DNA of 64,000 nt from Opitutia bacterium (GCA_050506795.1 JBJHCF010000010.1:32001-96000), one strand, 5' to 3'; positions 38,024 through 49,301 are shown, counted from the first letter of the stretch. Notes: generated from the sequence alone by a model not told the origin. Made by a program: numbers and translations.

Positions 38024-39814
38024 ATGGCTCCACACATCGAGGAAACCGGCTTTCAGTCCGCACCCGTATCGCCGGGTCATGACGGCCTTTCCACGATCGA
38101 CGCCTTAAAAGAGCGCTTTGGGGGTGACGCCTTTACCGAACAAGCCACCCGGGACTCTTTCCCCACGTTGTGGGTTCGCGCCGAACAGATCCCGGAAATC
38201 CTGCGCTTTCTCAAGCACAAGGCGCGCCCGCGCTTTCCGATGCTTTACGACCTCACGGCCATCGACGAACGCACCCGTGCCGACCGGCCGGATAGCGATT
38301 ACACCGTCGTATACCACCTGCTCTCGCTGGAGCCCTTCCTGGAACTCCGGCTCAAAGTGGCCCTGCGGGAAAGCGCCCTCTCGGTCCCGTCGATCACCGG
38401 CCTCTGGCCCACGGCGAGTTGGTACGAGCGCGAGGTCTGGGACATGTTCGGCATCCGCTTCGACGGTCACCCCAACCTGCGCCGGCTGCTGATGCCGCCG
38501 ACCTGGAAGGGCCACCCGCTGCGCAAGGATCACCCGGCGCGGGCCACGGAAATGGGCCGCTTCAGCATGTCGGAGGAGCGTCACATCGAAGAGGAGGAGG
38601 CCCTGCGCTTCAAACCGGAGGACTGGGGTATGGAGCGGCAAAGCGACGAGGCCGACTTCATGTTCCTCAACATCGGCCCCCAGCACCCGGGCACCCACGG
38701 GGTCATCCGCCTGGTGCTCCAACTCGACGGCGAGGAAATCCTCGATGTCGTTCCGGAAATCGGCTTTCACCACCGCGGCGCGGAAAAGATGGGGGAACGC
38801 CAGTCGTGGCACACCTACATTCCCTATACCGACCGCGTCGACTACCTGAGCGGCGTGATCAACAACCTGCCCTACCTCCTGGCGGTCGAACGGCTGGCCG
38901 GGATCGAGGTTCCCGACCGGGCCAAGGTGATTCGGATCATGCTCTGCGAACTGTTCCGCATCTCCAATCACCTCGTCTGGTACGGCACCTACGCCCAGGA
39001 CGTCGGGCAAATGTCGCCGGTCTTCTACATGTTCAACGACCGTGAACGCCTGCTGGGCATCATCGAGGCCATCTGCGGCGCCCGCATGCACCCGAACTGG
39101 TTCCGCATCGGCGGCGTGGCGGCGGACCTGCCCGCCGGCTGGGACCGGCTGGTGCGGGAGTTCCTGGAATACTTTCCGTCCAAGATCGACGAATACGACG
39201 CCATGGTCATGGGCAACGGTATCCTCAAGGCCCGCACCAAGGGGATCGGCGTTTACAACACCGAAGAGGCCATCGAATGGGGCGTGACCGGCCCCAGCCT
39301 GCGCGCCACCGGCATGGAGTGGGATCTGCGCAAGGTGCGTCCCTACAGCGGCTACGACCAGTTCGAATTCGATGTGCCCATCGCCCACAATGGCGACTGC
39401 TACGACCGCGGACTGGTGCGGATCGAGGAGATGCGCCAGAGCCTGCGCATCATCCGGCAGTGCCTGGACAACATGCCGGAAGGTCCCTACAAAGCCGATC
39501 ATCCCCTCACCACCCCGCCGGTCAAGGACCGAACCATGCACGACATCGAAACCCTGATCACCCATTTCCTCAGCGTGAGCTGGGGTCCGGTGATCCCGGC
39601 CGGTGAAACCTCCGGCTGCGTGGAAGGGACCAAGGGGCTCTACAGCTACTACCTGATCAGCGAAAAGAGCCCCATCCCCTACCGCGTGCGTATCCGCACG
39701 TCCTCCTTCCCCCACATGCAGATCATTCCTTTCATCAGCCGAGGTCACACCGTGCCCGACCTGCTCGCCATCATCGGCGCCACCGACTTCGTGCTGGCCG
39801 ATATCGACCGGTAG
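38024..39814 (+). CDS. nuoCD: NADH-quinone oxidoreductase fused subunit C/D
   Basis: C part [11 protein letters not shown]...GHPLRKD fused to D part [12 protein letters not shown]...HHRGAEK...DRVDYL...D.DR; 596 aa. Confidence 0.96.
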   Translation: MAPHIEETGFQSAPVSPGHDGLSTIDALKERFGGDAFTEQATRDSFPTLWVRAEQIPEILRFLKHKARPRFPMLYDLTAIDERTRADRPDSDYTVVYHLLSLEPFLELRLKVALRESALSVPSITGLWPTASWYEREVWDMFGIRFDGHPNLRRLLMPPTWKGHPLRKDHPARATEMGRFSMSEERHIEEEEALRFKPEDWGMERQSDEADFMFLNIGPQHPGTHGVIRLVLQLDGEEILDVVPEIGFHHRGAEKMGERQSWHTYIPYTDRVDYLSGVINNLPYLLAVERLAGIEVPDRAKVIRIMLCELFRISNHLVWYGTYAQDVGQMSPVFYMFNDRERLLGIIEAICGARMHPNWFRIGGVAADLPAGWDRLVREFLEYFPSKIDEYDAMVMGNGILKARTKGIGVYNTEEAIEWGVTGPSLRATGMEWDLRKVRPYSGYDQFEFDVPIAHNGDCYDRGLVRIEEMRQSLRIIRQCLDNMPEGPYKADHPLTTPPVKDRTMHDIETLITHFLSVSWGPVIPAGETSGCVEGTKGLYSYYLISEKSPIPYRVRIRTSSFPHMQIIPFISRGHTVPDLLAIIGATDFVLADIDR

Positions 39815-39838
39815 AATTCCAAAATCCAATTCCCAATC

Positions 39839-40303
39839 ATGCTGACTGACAACGAACGCCGCGAAATCGAAGCCGAACTTCCGCATTATCCGCGGAAGCA
39901 GGCGCTTTGTATCGAGGCGCTCAAGGTGGTGCAGCGTCACCGCGGGTGGGTGGACGACGAGGCGCTGCGGGATGTGGCGGAGTTCCTTGAGATGAGCACA
40001 CACGAAGTCGACAGCGTGGCCACCTTTTACAACCTGATCTACCGGCGCGAGGTGGGGAAACACGTGATCCACCTCTGCGACAGCGTCTCCTGCTGGGTCA
40101 TGGGGTGCGACCGCCTCCGCAAACACCTGGAGGATTCGCTCGGCGTCAAGATGGGGCAAACCACCCGGGACGGCAAATTCACCCTGCTGCCCATTCCCTG
40201 CCTGGGCGATTGTCATCGCGCCCCGTCGGTCATGATCGGACGGGACCTGCACAGCGATCTCACTCCGGAAAAAATCGACGACATTCTGCGAGAATGCGGC
40301 TGA
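39839..40303 (+). CDS. nuoE: NADH-quinone oxidoreductase subunit E
   Basis: VATFY, CDSVSC, CLGDC [2Fe-2S] ligands. Confidence 0.95.
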   Translation: MLTDNERREIEAELPHYPRKQALCIEALKVVQRHRGWVDDEALRDVAEFLEMSTHEVDSVATFYNLIYRREVGKHVIHLCDSVSCWVMGCDRLRKHLEDSLGVKMGQTTRDGKFTLLPIPCLGDCHRAPSVMIGRDLHSDLTPEKIDDILRECG

Positions 40304-40307
40304 ACGT

Positions 40308-41600
40308 ATGGAAAAACCTCTGACAGAGCACATCCGGCCCGACGGGTCCCCGCTCGAACTCGCCGCCTACGAAAAGAGCGGCGGGTACGAGGCACTGCGT
40401 CAGGTGCTGAAGGAGCTGTCGCCAAAGGAGGTGACGGCGCGGGTCGAGGAGTCGAAGCTGCGCGGCCGCGGCGGCGCCGGGTTTTCCACCGGCATGAAGT
40501 GGAGTTTTGTTCCCATGGGAGACGACGCCCCGCGGCAGAAATATTTCGTCTGCAACGCCGACGAAATGGAGCCGGGCACATTCAAGGACCGCTACCTGAT
40601 GGAGGGAAACCCGCACCTCCTGCTCGAAGGCATGATTCTCGGCGCCTACGCCATCCAGGCCCCCACCGGCTACATTTTCCTGCGCGCGGAGTACCGCACA
40701 TCCGAGGAGGCGCTGGCCCAAGCCATCAGCGAGGCCCGCGACGCCGGGTACCTGGGAGAAAACATCCTGGGATCCGGGTTCGACCACGACATTCACCTCC
40801 ACACCAGCGCCGGCCGCTACATCTGCGGCGAGGAAACCGCTCTCCTTAACGCCCTGGAAGGCAAACGGGCCGTGCCGCGAGCCAAGCCGCCCTTCCCTCC
40901 GGTGGTCGGCCTGTGGGGCAAACCGACCATCGTCAACAACGTCGAAACTCTCTGTAACATCCCCCCCATCCTGCGCCTGGGCCCCGACTGGTTCAAAGGG
41001 CTGGGTCACAACGGCGAAGCGGGCACCAAACTTTACGGGGTCAGCGGGCGGGTCAATCGCCCGGGCCTCTGGGAGCTGCCCATCGGCACGCCGCTGCGCG
41101 AAATCATCGAAGAACACGCCGGCGGCATGCGCGAAGGCTACCGCTTCCGCGGCGTGATCCCCGGCGGGGCCTCCACCGATTTCCTGGTGGAGGAACACCT
41201 GGACCTGCCGATGGATTTCAACCACGTGCAAAAGGCGGGGAGCCGTCTGGGCACCGGCACCATGATCGTCCTCGACGACCGCACCTGCCCGGTGGGCATG
41301 GTGCTCAACCTGGAACGCTTCTTCGCCCGCGAATCCTGCGGCTGGTGCACCCCCTGCCGCGACGGCCTTCCCTGGGTGGAAAAGATCCTCGACGACATCG
41401 AACGGGGCGGCGGACGCGAGGACGACCTCGTCCTCCTGCGGCAGCACGCCAAATCCCTCGGTCCCGGCCGCACCTTCTGCGCCTTCGCCCCCGGCGCCGT
41501 CGAGCCCCTGCAAAGCGCCCTCAAGTATTTCGAAGACGACTTCCGCCGCCACTTCAATTCCACCGGCTGCCCGTATCAAACCCAACCCGCAACCGTCTGA
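40308..41600 (+). CDS. nuoF: NADH-quinone oxidoreductase subunit F
   Basis: LRGRGGAGF.TG.KW, NADEMEPGTFKD, GRYICGEETAL, ESCGWCTPCR. Confidence 0.96.
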   Translation: MEKPLTEHIRPDGSPLELAAYEKSGGYEALRQVLKELSPKEVTARVEESKLRGRGGAGFSTGMKWSFVPMGDDAPRQKYFVCNADEMEPGTFKDRYLMEGNPHLLLEGMILGAYAIQAPTGYIFLRAEYRTSEEALAQAISEARDAGYLGENILGSGFDHDIHLHTSAGRYICGEETALLNALEGKRAVPRAKPPFPPVVGLWGKPTIVNNVETLCNIPPILRLGPDWFKGLGHNGEAGTKLYGVSGRVNRPGLWELPIGTPLREIIEEHAGGMREGYRFRGVIPGGASTDFLVEEHLDLPMDFNHVQKAGSRLGTGTMIVLDDRTCPVGMVLNLERFFARESCGWCTPCRDGLPWVEKILDDIERGGGREDDLVLLRQHAKSLGPGRTFCAFAPGAVEPLQSALKYFEDDFRRHFNSTGCPYQTQPATV

Positions 41601-41609
41601 ATCGATAGA

Positions 41610-41755
41610 CGATAACCGATAACGAAAACCCATAACCGTTAATCTCACGCACCAACTTCCGTTTGAAACGGAAGTTCGCCCGCTAAAGCAGGGCGCTACT
41701 GAAAGTCCGACAACCAAGAAATAACAACCGGCAACCTTTAACCACGAACCAAGAA
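41610..41755. repeat. Repeat insertion between nuoF and nuoG
   Basis: GATAACC heptamers, hairpin AACTTCCGTTT/AAACGGAAGTT, GTAG REP 41677-41699, CAAGAAC heptamers. Confidence 0.8.
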
Positions 41756-41776
41756 CAGGCCAAAGGCCTTCCCCCC

Positions 41777-44491
41777 ATGTCCACGATCCACATAGACGGC
41801 AAATCCCATCCGGCCGACCCGGGCAAGAACCTCCTTGAGGTGAGCCTGTCGCTCGGATACGACCTGCCGTATTTCTGCTGGCACCCGGCGCTGGGTTCGG
41901 TGGGAGCCTGCCGCCAATGCGCGGTGCGCCAGTATCGGGACGAGGACGACACAAAAGGGCAAATCGTCATGGCCTGCATGGTCCCCGCCGCCGACGGAAC
42001 CCGGATCTCCATCGAAGACGAGGAGGCGCGTGAATTCCGCAAGAGTGTCATCGAGTGGCTGATGACCAATCACCCCCACGATTGCCCGATATGTGATGAG
42101 GGGGGCGAGTGCCACCTGCAGGACATGACCGTTATGACCGGCCACTCCTGCCGCCGCTTCCGTTTCCGCAAACGCACCTTCACCAACCAGTACCTGGGCC
42201 CGTTCATCAATCATGAGATGAACCGCTGTATCCAGTGCTACCGTTGCGTGCGTTTCTACAAGGATTACGCCGGAGGAAGTGACCTGGACGCCTTCGCCTC
42301 CCACAACCATGTGTATTTCGGCCGCTCCGAGGAGGGAGTCCTGGAGAACGAATTCAGCGGCAACCTGGTGGAGGTCTGTCCCACGGGGGTGTTCACCGAC
42401 AAAACGCTAAAGAACCACTACACCCGCAAGTGGGACCTGCAGAGCGCTCCCTCGATCTGCGCCCATTGCGGTCTCGGCTGCAACATCCTGGCCGGCGCCC
42501 GTTACGGCGGAGTGCGCCGCATCCTCAACCGCTACCACCACGAGATCAACGGGTACTTTCTCTGCGACCGGGGCCGCTATGCCTACGAATTCGCCAACCG
42601 TCCCGCCCGCATCCGCCATCCCCTTTACCACGAAACGGCGCACGACCCGGACGCCCATTCACGGGTGGAGACGCAGCCGGCCAACGAAGCCCTCAGGATC
42701 GCCCGTCAACGCCTGCAGGAGGCGCGACGTATTATCGGCATCGGCTCTCCCCGGGCGTCATTGGAATCCAACTACGCCCTGCGCGCCCTGGTGGGCGAGG
42801 ATCATTTCTACAACGGTCTGCCGGCCGCCGAAGCCCACCTCATCGATTTCGCCCTGGACCTGCTGCGCCACGGCCCGGTACGCGCGTCGACGTTGCACGA
42901 GATCGAGAAGGCCGACGCCATCCTGATCCTCGGAGAAGATCTCACCCACACCGCGCCCCGCATGGCGCTGGCCGTGCGCCAATCTCTCATGCGCGCCCCC
43001 GAAGAAAAAGCGCGTTCAGCGGGCGTGCCGCCCTGGAACGCGCGCGCGGTGCGCGATGTGATCCAGGAGGAACGCGGGCCTTTGTTTGTCGCCGCGGCGG
43101 ACCGGACTCCCCTGGACGCTGTCGCCGCCGGCGCCTTGCACCGGGCCCCGGTTGATCTGGCCCGTTTCGGGTTCGCCGTCGCCCACGCGGTCCACCAGGA
43201 CGCGCCCGCGGTGGAGGGCTTGTCCGAAGAAGACGCCGCATTCGCCCGGCAGGTTGCCGAAACCCTGCGGACCGCGAAGAACCCGATCGTGATCAGCGGC
43301 ACCAGTCTCGGCAGCGAACCGCTGCTGCAATCCGCGGCCAACGTCGCCTGGGCACTGCAGCAGGCGGGCAAGGACACCGGTCTCAGTCTGGTGGTTCCGG
43401 AAGCGAACTCCTTCGGCGTCAGTATGCTCGGAGGACGGCCGCTGCGGGAGGCGTTCGAGGCGGTCAGCAACGGAAAAGCCGACGCGGTAATTATTCTGGA
43501 GAACGATCTCTATCGTCGCACCCACGACCTGGACGTGGACCATTTCCTGGAAGGTTTGGACACCGTGATCGCCCTGGACTCCCTGCGCAACCGCACCACC
43601 GACCGGGCTCACCTGGTGTTCCCCGCCGGGACCTTCGCCGAAAGCGGCGGCACCCTGGTGAACAACGAAGGCCGCGCCCAACGTTTCTTCCAGGTGCTGC
43701 CTCCGACCGGCGACGTCGCCGAGTCGTGGCGTTGGCTGGGCCGGCTGAGCATGGGCGCCGCTCCCAGCGACGAACCTCGCTGGACGACGCTCGACGAAGT
43801 CATCAATGCCCTCGCCGCCGAGTTGCCCGAACTCGCCGGCGTGCGCCAGGCGGCTCCCGATGCGGAATACCGTCACCAGGGCGCCCGCTTCCCGCGCTCC
43901 CCCCGCCGCTTCAGCGGGCGCACCGCCATGCTGGCGAATATCGAAGTCAGCGAACCGAAACCGCCCGAAGATTCCGACTCCCCGCTCAGCTTCACCATGG
44001 AGGGCACGTCGGCCATGCCGCCGGGCGCGTTGGTGAGTCACTACTGGGCGCCCGGTTGGAATTCGGTGCAGGCGCTGAACAAATTCCAGGAGGAAGTCGG
44101 CGGCCCCAACCGCGGCGGCGACCCGGGGGTGCGCCTGATCGAACCGGAAAAAACGGTCCATTCCTATTTCACCGAAATTCCGGCGGCGTTCGTTCCCCCG
44201 GAATCCAAGTACCTCGTTATCGGCCTGCATCACATTTTCGGTTCCGAGGAACTCAGCGCCCACGCACCCGCCATCAACGAACGGGCGCCGCAACCCTACC
44301 TGGCCATCAGTCAAGCCGACGCCGAAAAGCGCAACGTCGCGGAGGGCGACGAACTCGCACTCCGCCTCTACGGACGGGAACACCAACTCCCCGCCCGCAT
44401 CCACCCGCACCTCCCGCGGGGCGTGTTGGGCATTCCCGTGGGTCTGCCCGGTCTCACCGGCCTGGTGCTGCCCACGGACGGGCACCTGTGA
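41777..44491 (+). CDS. nuoG: NADH-quinone oxidoreductase subunit G (long, E. coli type)
   Basis: FCWHPALGSVGACRQCAV, NHPHDCPICDEGGECHLQD, CIQCYRCVR, extra-cluster motif CAHCGLGC...CDRGR; 904 aa. Confidence 0.96.
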   Translation: MSTIHIDGKSHPADPGKNLLEVSLSLGYDLPYFCWHPALGSVGACRQCAVRQYRDEDDTKGQIVMACMVPAADGTRISIEDEEAREFRKSVIEWLMTNHPHDCPICDEGGECHLQDMTVMTGHSCRRFRFRKRTFTNQYLGPFINHEMNRCIQCYRCVRFYKDYAGGSDLDAFASHNHVYFGRSEEGVLENEFSGNLVEVCPTGVFTDKTLKNHYTRKWDLQSAPSICAHCGLGCNILAGARYGGVRRILNRYHHEINGYFLCDRGRYAYEFANRPARIRHPLYHETAHDPDAHSRVETQPANEALRIARQRLQEARRIIGIGSPRASLESNYALRALVGEDHFYNGLPAAEAHLIDFALDLLRHGPVRASTLHEIEKADAILILGEDLTHTAPRMALAVRQSLMRAPEEKARSAGVPPWNARAVRDVIQEERGPLFVAAADRTPLDAVAAGALHRAPVDLARFGFAVAHAVHQDAPAVEGLSEEDAAFARQVAETLRTAKNPIVISGTSLGSEPLLQSAANVAWALQQAGKDTGLSLVVPEANSFGVSMLGGRPLREAFEAVSNGKADAVIILENDLYRRTHDLDVDHFLEGLDTVIALDSLRNRTTDRAHLVFPAGTFAESGGTLVNNEGRAQRFFQVLPPTGDVAESWRWLGRLSMGAAPSDEPRWTTLDEVINALAAELPELAGVRQAAPDAEYRHQGARFPRSPRRFSGRTAMLANIEVSEPKPPEDSDSPLSFTMEGTSAMPPGALVSHYWAPGWNSVQALNKFQEEVGGPNRGGDPGVRLIEPEKTVHSYFTEIPAAFVPPESKYLVIGLHHIFGSEELSAHAPAINERAPQPYLAISQADAEKRNVAEGDELALRLYGREHQLPARIHPHLPRGVLGIPVGLPGLTGLVLPTDGHL

Positions 44492-44539
44492 GCATGAAAA
44501 ATTCATCGATAATCGTAAACCTGATCAAAGCCTTCCCTC

Positions 44540-44767
44540 TGGAGGCGAGTGCTCCGTCGCTGCCGTTTCCAGTACCTATCGCAAATCCAATCGGCGCATG
44601 CGCGGCGACGGCGGAGCGTCGCCCTCCAGATTGCGGTTACGAACAGCATGAATCCGGTCCGCCAGAGATTAACAACATCAAATCCAATCGGCGCGGGCGC
44701 GGCGACGGCGGAGCGTCGCCCTCCAAAATGCGGTTGCACAAAGCATGAATCCAATCCTCCAGAGTTT
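44540..44767. repeat. GGAG REPs plus 97-bp tandem duplication including the nuoH start
   Basis: 44582-44670 and 44679-44767 are near-identical; ATGAATCC at 44648 and 44745. Confidence 0.85.
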
Positions 44768-45701
44768 CCTCGTCATACACGGCGTCCTCATCGGATTGAT
44801 GACGCTGGCGGGGGTCATGGTGTGGGTCGAACGCCGGCTGCTGGCGCTGTGGCAGGACCGGCTGGGACCGAACCGTTGCGGTCCGTTTGGTTTTTTAATC
44901 TTTGTGGCCGACGGGATCAAGATGATCTGGAAGGAAGACTGGATTCCGCCCCACGCGGACAAACCCGTGTTCGTCCTGGCGCCGGCGATCATCGTGATCA
45001 CCGCCCTGCTTTCTTTCGCCATAATTCCGGTGGCTCCGGGAATCCTGATTCTCGACGTGAACATCGGCATTCTCTTCTTCCTCGCCCTGTCCTCCATGGG
45101 CATCTACAGCACCGTGCTGGCCGGTTGGGCCTCCAACAACAAGTACTCCCTGCTGGGCGGTCTGCGCATGTCGGCGCAGATGTTCAGCTACGAGGTGTTT
45201 ATGGGACTGGCCCTCATGGGTGTGGTGATCCTTTCCGGATCCCTAAACCTGCGCGAGATCGTGGAATCCCAGGCGGGGATGTGGTACGTGATTCCCCAGT
45301 TTCTCGGGTTCCTGATCTTCTTCTTCGCCGGTCTGGCGGAGACCCACCGGCTGCCCTTCGACATGCCGGAGGCGGAAAGCGAACTGATCGCCGGATTCCA
45401 CACCGAATACTCCAGCTTAAAATTCGGCATGTTCTTCGTCGGAGAATACGTCGGCGTCACCGTTATCTCCGCCCTCATGGTCACCCTTTTCTTCGGCGGC
45501 TGGCAGGGACCGGTGCTGCCTCCCATCGTCTGGTTCATGCTCAAGACGCTGGCCTTCATCCTCTTTTTCATCCTCCTGCGCGCCGCCATCCCGCGTCCGC
45601 GCTTCGACCAACTGCTCGCCTGCGGCTGGAAATACATTCTTCCCCTGGCTCTTTTGAACCTGATCGTCACCGGCGCGGTAGTCCTGGCCCGGGCAAACTA
45701 G
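44745..45701 (+). CDS. nuoH: NADH-quinone oxidoreductase subunit H
   Basis: ERRLL...QDR.GPNR.GPFG, AD.IK...KED, NKYSLLGG.R, RLPFDMPEAESEL..GFHTEYS. Confidence 0.96.
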   Translation: MNPILQSFLVIHGVLIGLMTLAGVMVWVERRLLALWQDRLGPNRCGPFGFLIFVADGIKMIWKEDWIPPHADKPVFVLAPAIIVITALLSFAIIPVAPGILILDVNIGILFFLALSSMGIYSTVLAGWASNNKYSLLGGLRMSAQMFSYEVFMGLALMGVVILSGSLNLREIVESQAGMWYVIPQFLGFLIFFFAGLAETHRLPFDMPEAESELIAGFHTEYSSLKFGMFFVGEYVGVTVISALMVTLFFGGWQGPVLPPIVWFMLKTLAFILFFILLRAAIPRPRFDQLLACGWKYILPLALLNLIVTGAVVLARAN

Positions 45702-45768
45702 TCAAATCGCACCACGAAAATGACAACGCAAGAATTCAGTTTTGGACTTTCCTTCGTAACCTCGGCAT

Positions 45769-45885
45769 TGGAGGGCGACGCTCCGCCGTCGCCGCAGGCG
45801 TCCGGGCGGGGCAACACTCTGAGACAACGGCCATGACGGAGCATGGCCCTCCACGACAAATTCGCAATCCACAATCCAAAATCTG
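45769..45885. repeat. GGAG REP plus AATCC(A/G)C-type heptamers between nuoH and nuoI
   Basis: TGGAGGGCGACGCTCCGCCGTCGCCGC; AAATTCGCAATCCACAATCCAAAAT directly before the ATG. Confidence 0.75.
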
Positions 45886-45888
45886 ATC

Positions 45889-46401
45889 ATGCTCAGTAAC
45901 GTTAGAACCCTATGGCTGGTCTTTAAACACCTGTTTCGCAAAAAGGTCACCATCCAGTACCCGGAGGAAAAAGCCTACCTGGCGCCGAGGTACCGCGGAC
46001 GAATCGTTTTGACCCGCGACCCGGACGGAGGAGAGCGCTGTGTGGCGTGTTATCTGTGCGCGGTGGCGTGTCCGGTGGACTGCATCGCCCTCGATTCGGC
46101 CGAGAGCAAAGACGGCCGGCGTTATCCCGGCACCTTCCGGATCAATTTTTCGCGCTGCATTTATTGCGGCTTTTGCGAGGAAGCCTGTCCCACCTACGCC
46201 ATCCAACTCGTGCCCGATGTGGAAATGGCGGAATACAACCGCCAGAATATGGTTTATGAAAAGGAACACCTCCTGATCGACGGCCAGGGCAAGTATCACG
46301 GGTACAACTACTACAAAGTGGCCGGACTCGCCATCGGCGGGAAAGGGAAAGGAGAAGCCGAGAACGAAGATCCGCCCATCGATCCCAAAGGTCTGCTCTA
46401 A
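45889..46401 (+). CDS. nuoI: NADH-quinone oxidoreductase subunit I
   Basis: [29 protein letters not shown]. Confidence 0.96.
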   Translation: MLSNVRTLWLVFKHLFRKKVTIQYPEEKAYLAPRYRGRIVLTRDPDGGERCVACYLCAVACPVDCIALDSAESKDGRRYPGTFRINFSRCIYCGFCEEACPTYAIQLVPDVEMAEYNRQNMVYEKEHLLIDGQGKYHGYNYYKVAGLAIGGKGKGEAENEDPPIDPKGLL

Positions 46402-46412
46402 ACAATCGAACC

Positions 46413-46985
46413 GTGGAAATCGCCTTTTACATCGTCGCCGCCATTGCGATCATCACCACCGCGCGAGTGGTGACGCACACGCATGTGGTGCACGCGCTGC
46501 TGTACTTTATCGTTTCCCTCCTGTCGGTGGCCCTGCTCTTTTACCTGCTCGGCGCACCCTTCGTGGCGGCGCTGGAGGTCATTGTTTACGCCGGCGCGAT
46601 CATGGTGCTGTTTCTGTTTGTGATCATGATGCTCAACATGGGCCGCGACCAGCAGGAACAGGAACAGTCCTGGCTAAAGCCCGGCGCCTGGGCCGGCCCG
46701 GGAGTGGTTTCGGCGATTCTCCTCGGGGTGCTCGGCTGGGTTCTGTCCGAAGGGGAATCCGCCCCGATGCGCGGCGAAGTTGTCGGGCCGGAAGAAGTCG
46801 GCCTGGCCCTTTTCGGGCCCTACCTGATCGGAGTGCAACTGGCGGCCCTGCTTCTGCTGGCGGGCCTGGTGGGGGCCTCTCACCTGCGCCGTCACGAGCG
46901 TCGCACCATCATGAAGACTGAACCTGAAGACGCATCGGATACCGGTTCGGCAGGTTCCTCGAACGGGAAAGGAGGGAAGGCGTGA
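46413..46985 (+). CDS. nuoJ: NADH-quinone oxidoreductase subunit J (set 2)
   Basis: [34 protein letters not shown]. Confidence 0.95.
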   Translation: MEIAFYIVAAIAIITTARVVTHTHVVHALLYFIVSLLSVALLFYLLGAPFVAALEVIVYAGAIMVLFLFVIMMLNMGRDQQEQEQSWLKPGAWAGPGVVSAILLGVLGWVLSEGESAPMRGEVVGPEEVGLALFGPYLIGVQLAALLLLAGLVGASHLRRHERRTIMKTEPEDASDTGSAGSSNGKGGKA

Positions 46986-47293
46986 TGGCGGAAATCCCCC
47001 TGGAACACAGCCTGTTTCTGGCCGCGACGCTCTTTTCCCTGGGGCTGCTTACGCTGCTGGTGCGACGGAACCTGATCATGATGCTGGTCGGGGTCGAAAT
47101 CATGCTTAACGCCGCCGGTCTGGCCTTCGTCGCGGCCGGCGCCCACTGGGGGCAGGCGGACGGACAGGTCATGTTCATTTTCATTCTCACCATGGCCGCC
47201 GCCGAGGTGGCCATCGGCCTGGCCATCCTTCTCCAGGTCTATTGGCGCTACGGCAGTCTCGACGCCGACCTTGCAACCACCATGAAAGGCTGA
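46985..47293 (+). CDS. nuoK: NADH-quinone oxidoreductase subunit K (set 2)
   Basis: RRNLI.ML...[33 protein letters not shown]. Confidence 0.95.
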   Translation: MAEIPLEHSLFLAATLFSLGLLTLLVRRNLIMMLVGVEIMLNAAGLAFVAAGAHWGQADGQVMFIFILTMAAAEVAIGLAILLQVYWRYGSLDADLATTMKG

Positions 47294-47296
47294 CCC

Positions 47297-49186
47297 ATGC
47301 TCGATCTCCTGTGGCTCATTCCGGCTCTTCCCTTCGCGGGCTTCCTGGTTCTGGCGCTGGCCGGAAACCTCCCCCGCGTCGCGGTGGCGGCGACGGGGTG
47401 CGGCACGGTGGGATTGTCCGCGGTGATCGCCCTGCTGATCTGTATCCAGTTTGTCAACTCGCCGCCCCCCGGCGACGCCTTCACCCAAACCCTGTGGACC
47501 TGGTTCGAGGCCGGGGGCTTCTCCGCCGGAATCGCCTTTCACCTGGACGCGCTTTCCATGGTGATGGTGATGGTCATCACCGGGGTCGGATTCCTCATTC
47601 ACCTGTACTCCTCGGAGTACATGGAAAGCGACGACGGTTACCAGCGCTTCTTCGCCTACCTCAACCTGTTCGTCGGCGCCATGCTGGTGCTGGTGTTGGC
47701 GGACAACCTGGTGCTGCTCCTGCTGGGCTGGGAGGGCGTGGGGCTTTGCAGCTACCTGCTGATCGGCTTTTGGTACCGTGATCCGGAAAACGGATACGCC
47801 GCCCGCAAGGCCTTTGTGGTGACCCGCATCGGTGACACCGCGCTCCTGCTGGGCTTGTTCCTCATTTTCGCCGAACTGGGAACTTTGCACATCCAGGACC
47901 TGCTTGGCGCGGCGCGGGAAACCTGGGAACCCGGTTCCGGAATCGCGCTGGCGGCGGCCCTGCTGCTACTCGGCGGCGCACTGGGCAAATCGGCGCAGCT
48001 CCCGCTGCAAACCTGGCTGCCGGACGCGATGGCGGGCCCCACCCCGGTCAGCGCCCTGATTCACGCCGCCACCATGGTGACGGCGGGAGTCTACCTCATC
48101 GCGCGCACCCACCCGATTTTCGAACTGGCCCCGGCCGCCATGCTGACGGTGGCCCTGATCGGCGCGGTCACCCTTCTGGTGGCGGGTTTTTCGGCCCTGG
48201 CCCAGAGTGATATCAAACGGGTCCTGGCCTACTCCACCATCAGCCAGCTCGGCTACATGTTCCTGGCGCTGGGCGTCGGCGCCTGGTCTGCGGCCCTGTT
48301 CCATTTCATGACCCACGCCCTGTTCAAGGCGCTGCTCTTCCTGGCGGCCGGGGCGCTGATCCTCTCCCTGCACCATGAGCAAAACATGTTCAAGATGGGC
48401 GGCCTGCGAAAGAAGCTGCCGGTGGTCTTCTGGACTTTCCTCATCGGATCGGTCTCGCTGGCGGCGCTGCCGCTGATCGGCTCCGGTTTCTACAGCAAGG
48501 AGAAGGTCCTTTGGGACGTCTGGATTTCCCCGCATGGCGGTCCCGCCTTGTGGGCGGCGGGGGTGGCCGGGGCGGTGGTCACCGCGCTCTACACCTTCCG
48601 CATGGTTTTCCTCACCTTTTTTGGCGAGGCCAAAACCGATGTCTCACACCGGCCGCGGGGACGGGTGGCGGCGGTGCTGATCATCCTGGCAGTGCTCTCG
48701 ACTCTCGGCGGCGGGGTGGAGTTGCCGCACACCTTCGGACACGTGACCTTTTTCTCCGACTTCGTCCACACCGCGCTGCCCACGGAAGTGATCCTGCCGC
48801 CCGGACTGGACGCGGAACTCTGGGCCGTGCTGATCATCGCCTCGGGGCTGGTGGTGCTGGGCACGGCGGCGGCGTGGTTCCTGTACGTCAAGCGTGCGGA
48901 CCTTCCCGAACGCCTGGCATCGTCACCACCCGGCGACCTATTGCGCCGATTCTGGCTCTCGGGCTGGGGTTTCGACCGGATCTATGACGCGTTGGTGGTG
49001 ACTCCATTCCAACTGGCGGCGCGCATCAACCGGCGCGACATCATCGATTACCTCTACGCCTGCATCGCCGGTCTCACCCGGGCGCTGCACGTGCTCCTGA
49101 GTGAAACCCAAACCGGACGCCTGCGCTGGTACGCGCTGGTCCTCACCGCCGGCACGGTGGTCCTTATCCTCATCGCCCTCAAGTGA
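47297..49186 (+). CDS. nuoL: NADH-quinone oxidoreductase subunit L (set 2)
   Basis: GWEGVGLCSYLLIGFW, GKSAQLPLQTWLPDAMAGPTPVSALIHAATMVTAGVYL. Confidence 0.96.
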   Translation: MLDLLWLIPALPFAGFLVLALAGNLPRVAVAATGCGTVGLSAVIALLICIQFVNSPPPGDAFTQTLWTWFEAGGFSAGIAFHLDALSMVMVMVITGVGFLIHLYSSEYMESDDGYQRFFAYLNLFVGAMLVLVLADNLVLLLLGWEGVGLCSYLLIGFWYRDPENGYAARKAFVVTRIGDTALLLGLFLIFAELGTLHIQDLLGAARETWEPGSGIALAAALLLLGGALGKSAQLPLQTWLPDAMAGPTPVSALIHAATMVTAGVYLIARTHPIFELAPAAMLTVALIGAVTLLVAGFSALAQSDIKRVLAYSTISQLGYMFLALGVGAWSAALFHFMTHALFKALLFLAAGALILSLHHEQNMFKMGGLRKKLPVVFWTFLIGSVSLAALPLIGSGFYSKEKVLWDVWISPHGGPALWAAGVAGAVVTALYTFRMVFLTFFGEAKTDVSHRPRGRVAAVLIILAVLSTLGGGVELPHTFGHVTFFSDFVHTALPTEVILPPGLDAELWAVLIIASGLVVLGTAAAWFLYVKRADLPERLASSPPGDLLRRFWLSGWGFDRIYDALVVTPFQLAARINRRDIIDYLYACIAGLTRALHVLLSETQTGRLRWYALVLTAGTVVLILIALK

Positions 49187-49206
49187 AAATCCAGGAAGCA
49201 ATCGTT

Positions 49207-49300
49207 AACCACAAAGATCAAAGAGAACACAAAACGACGCTGGCTCGCCCGCTAAAGCAGGGCGCCATTGAAAGTCCGACAACCGATAACCGATAACCAG
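49207..49300. repeat. Repeat insertion between nuoL and nuoM
   Basis: Nonamer ACCACAAAGATCAAAGAGAACACAAA, degenerate GTAG REP 49246-49268, GATAACC heptamers up to the ATG. Confidence 0.8.
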
Positions 49301-49301
49301 A

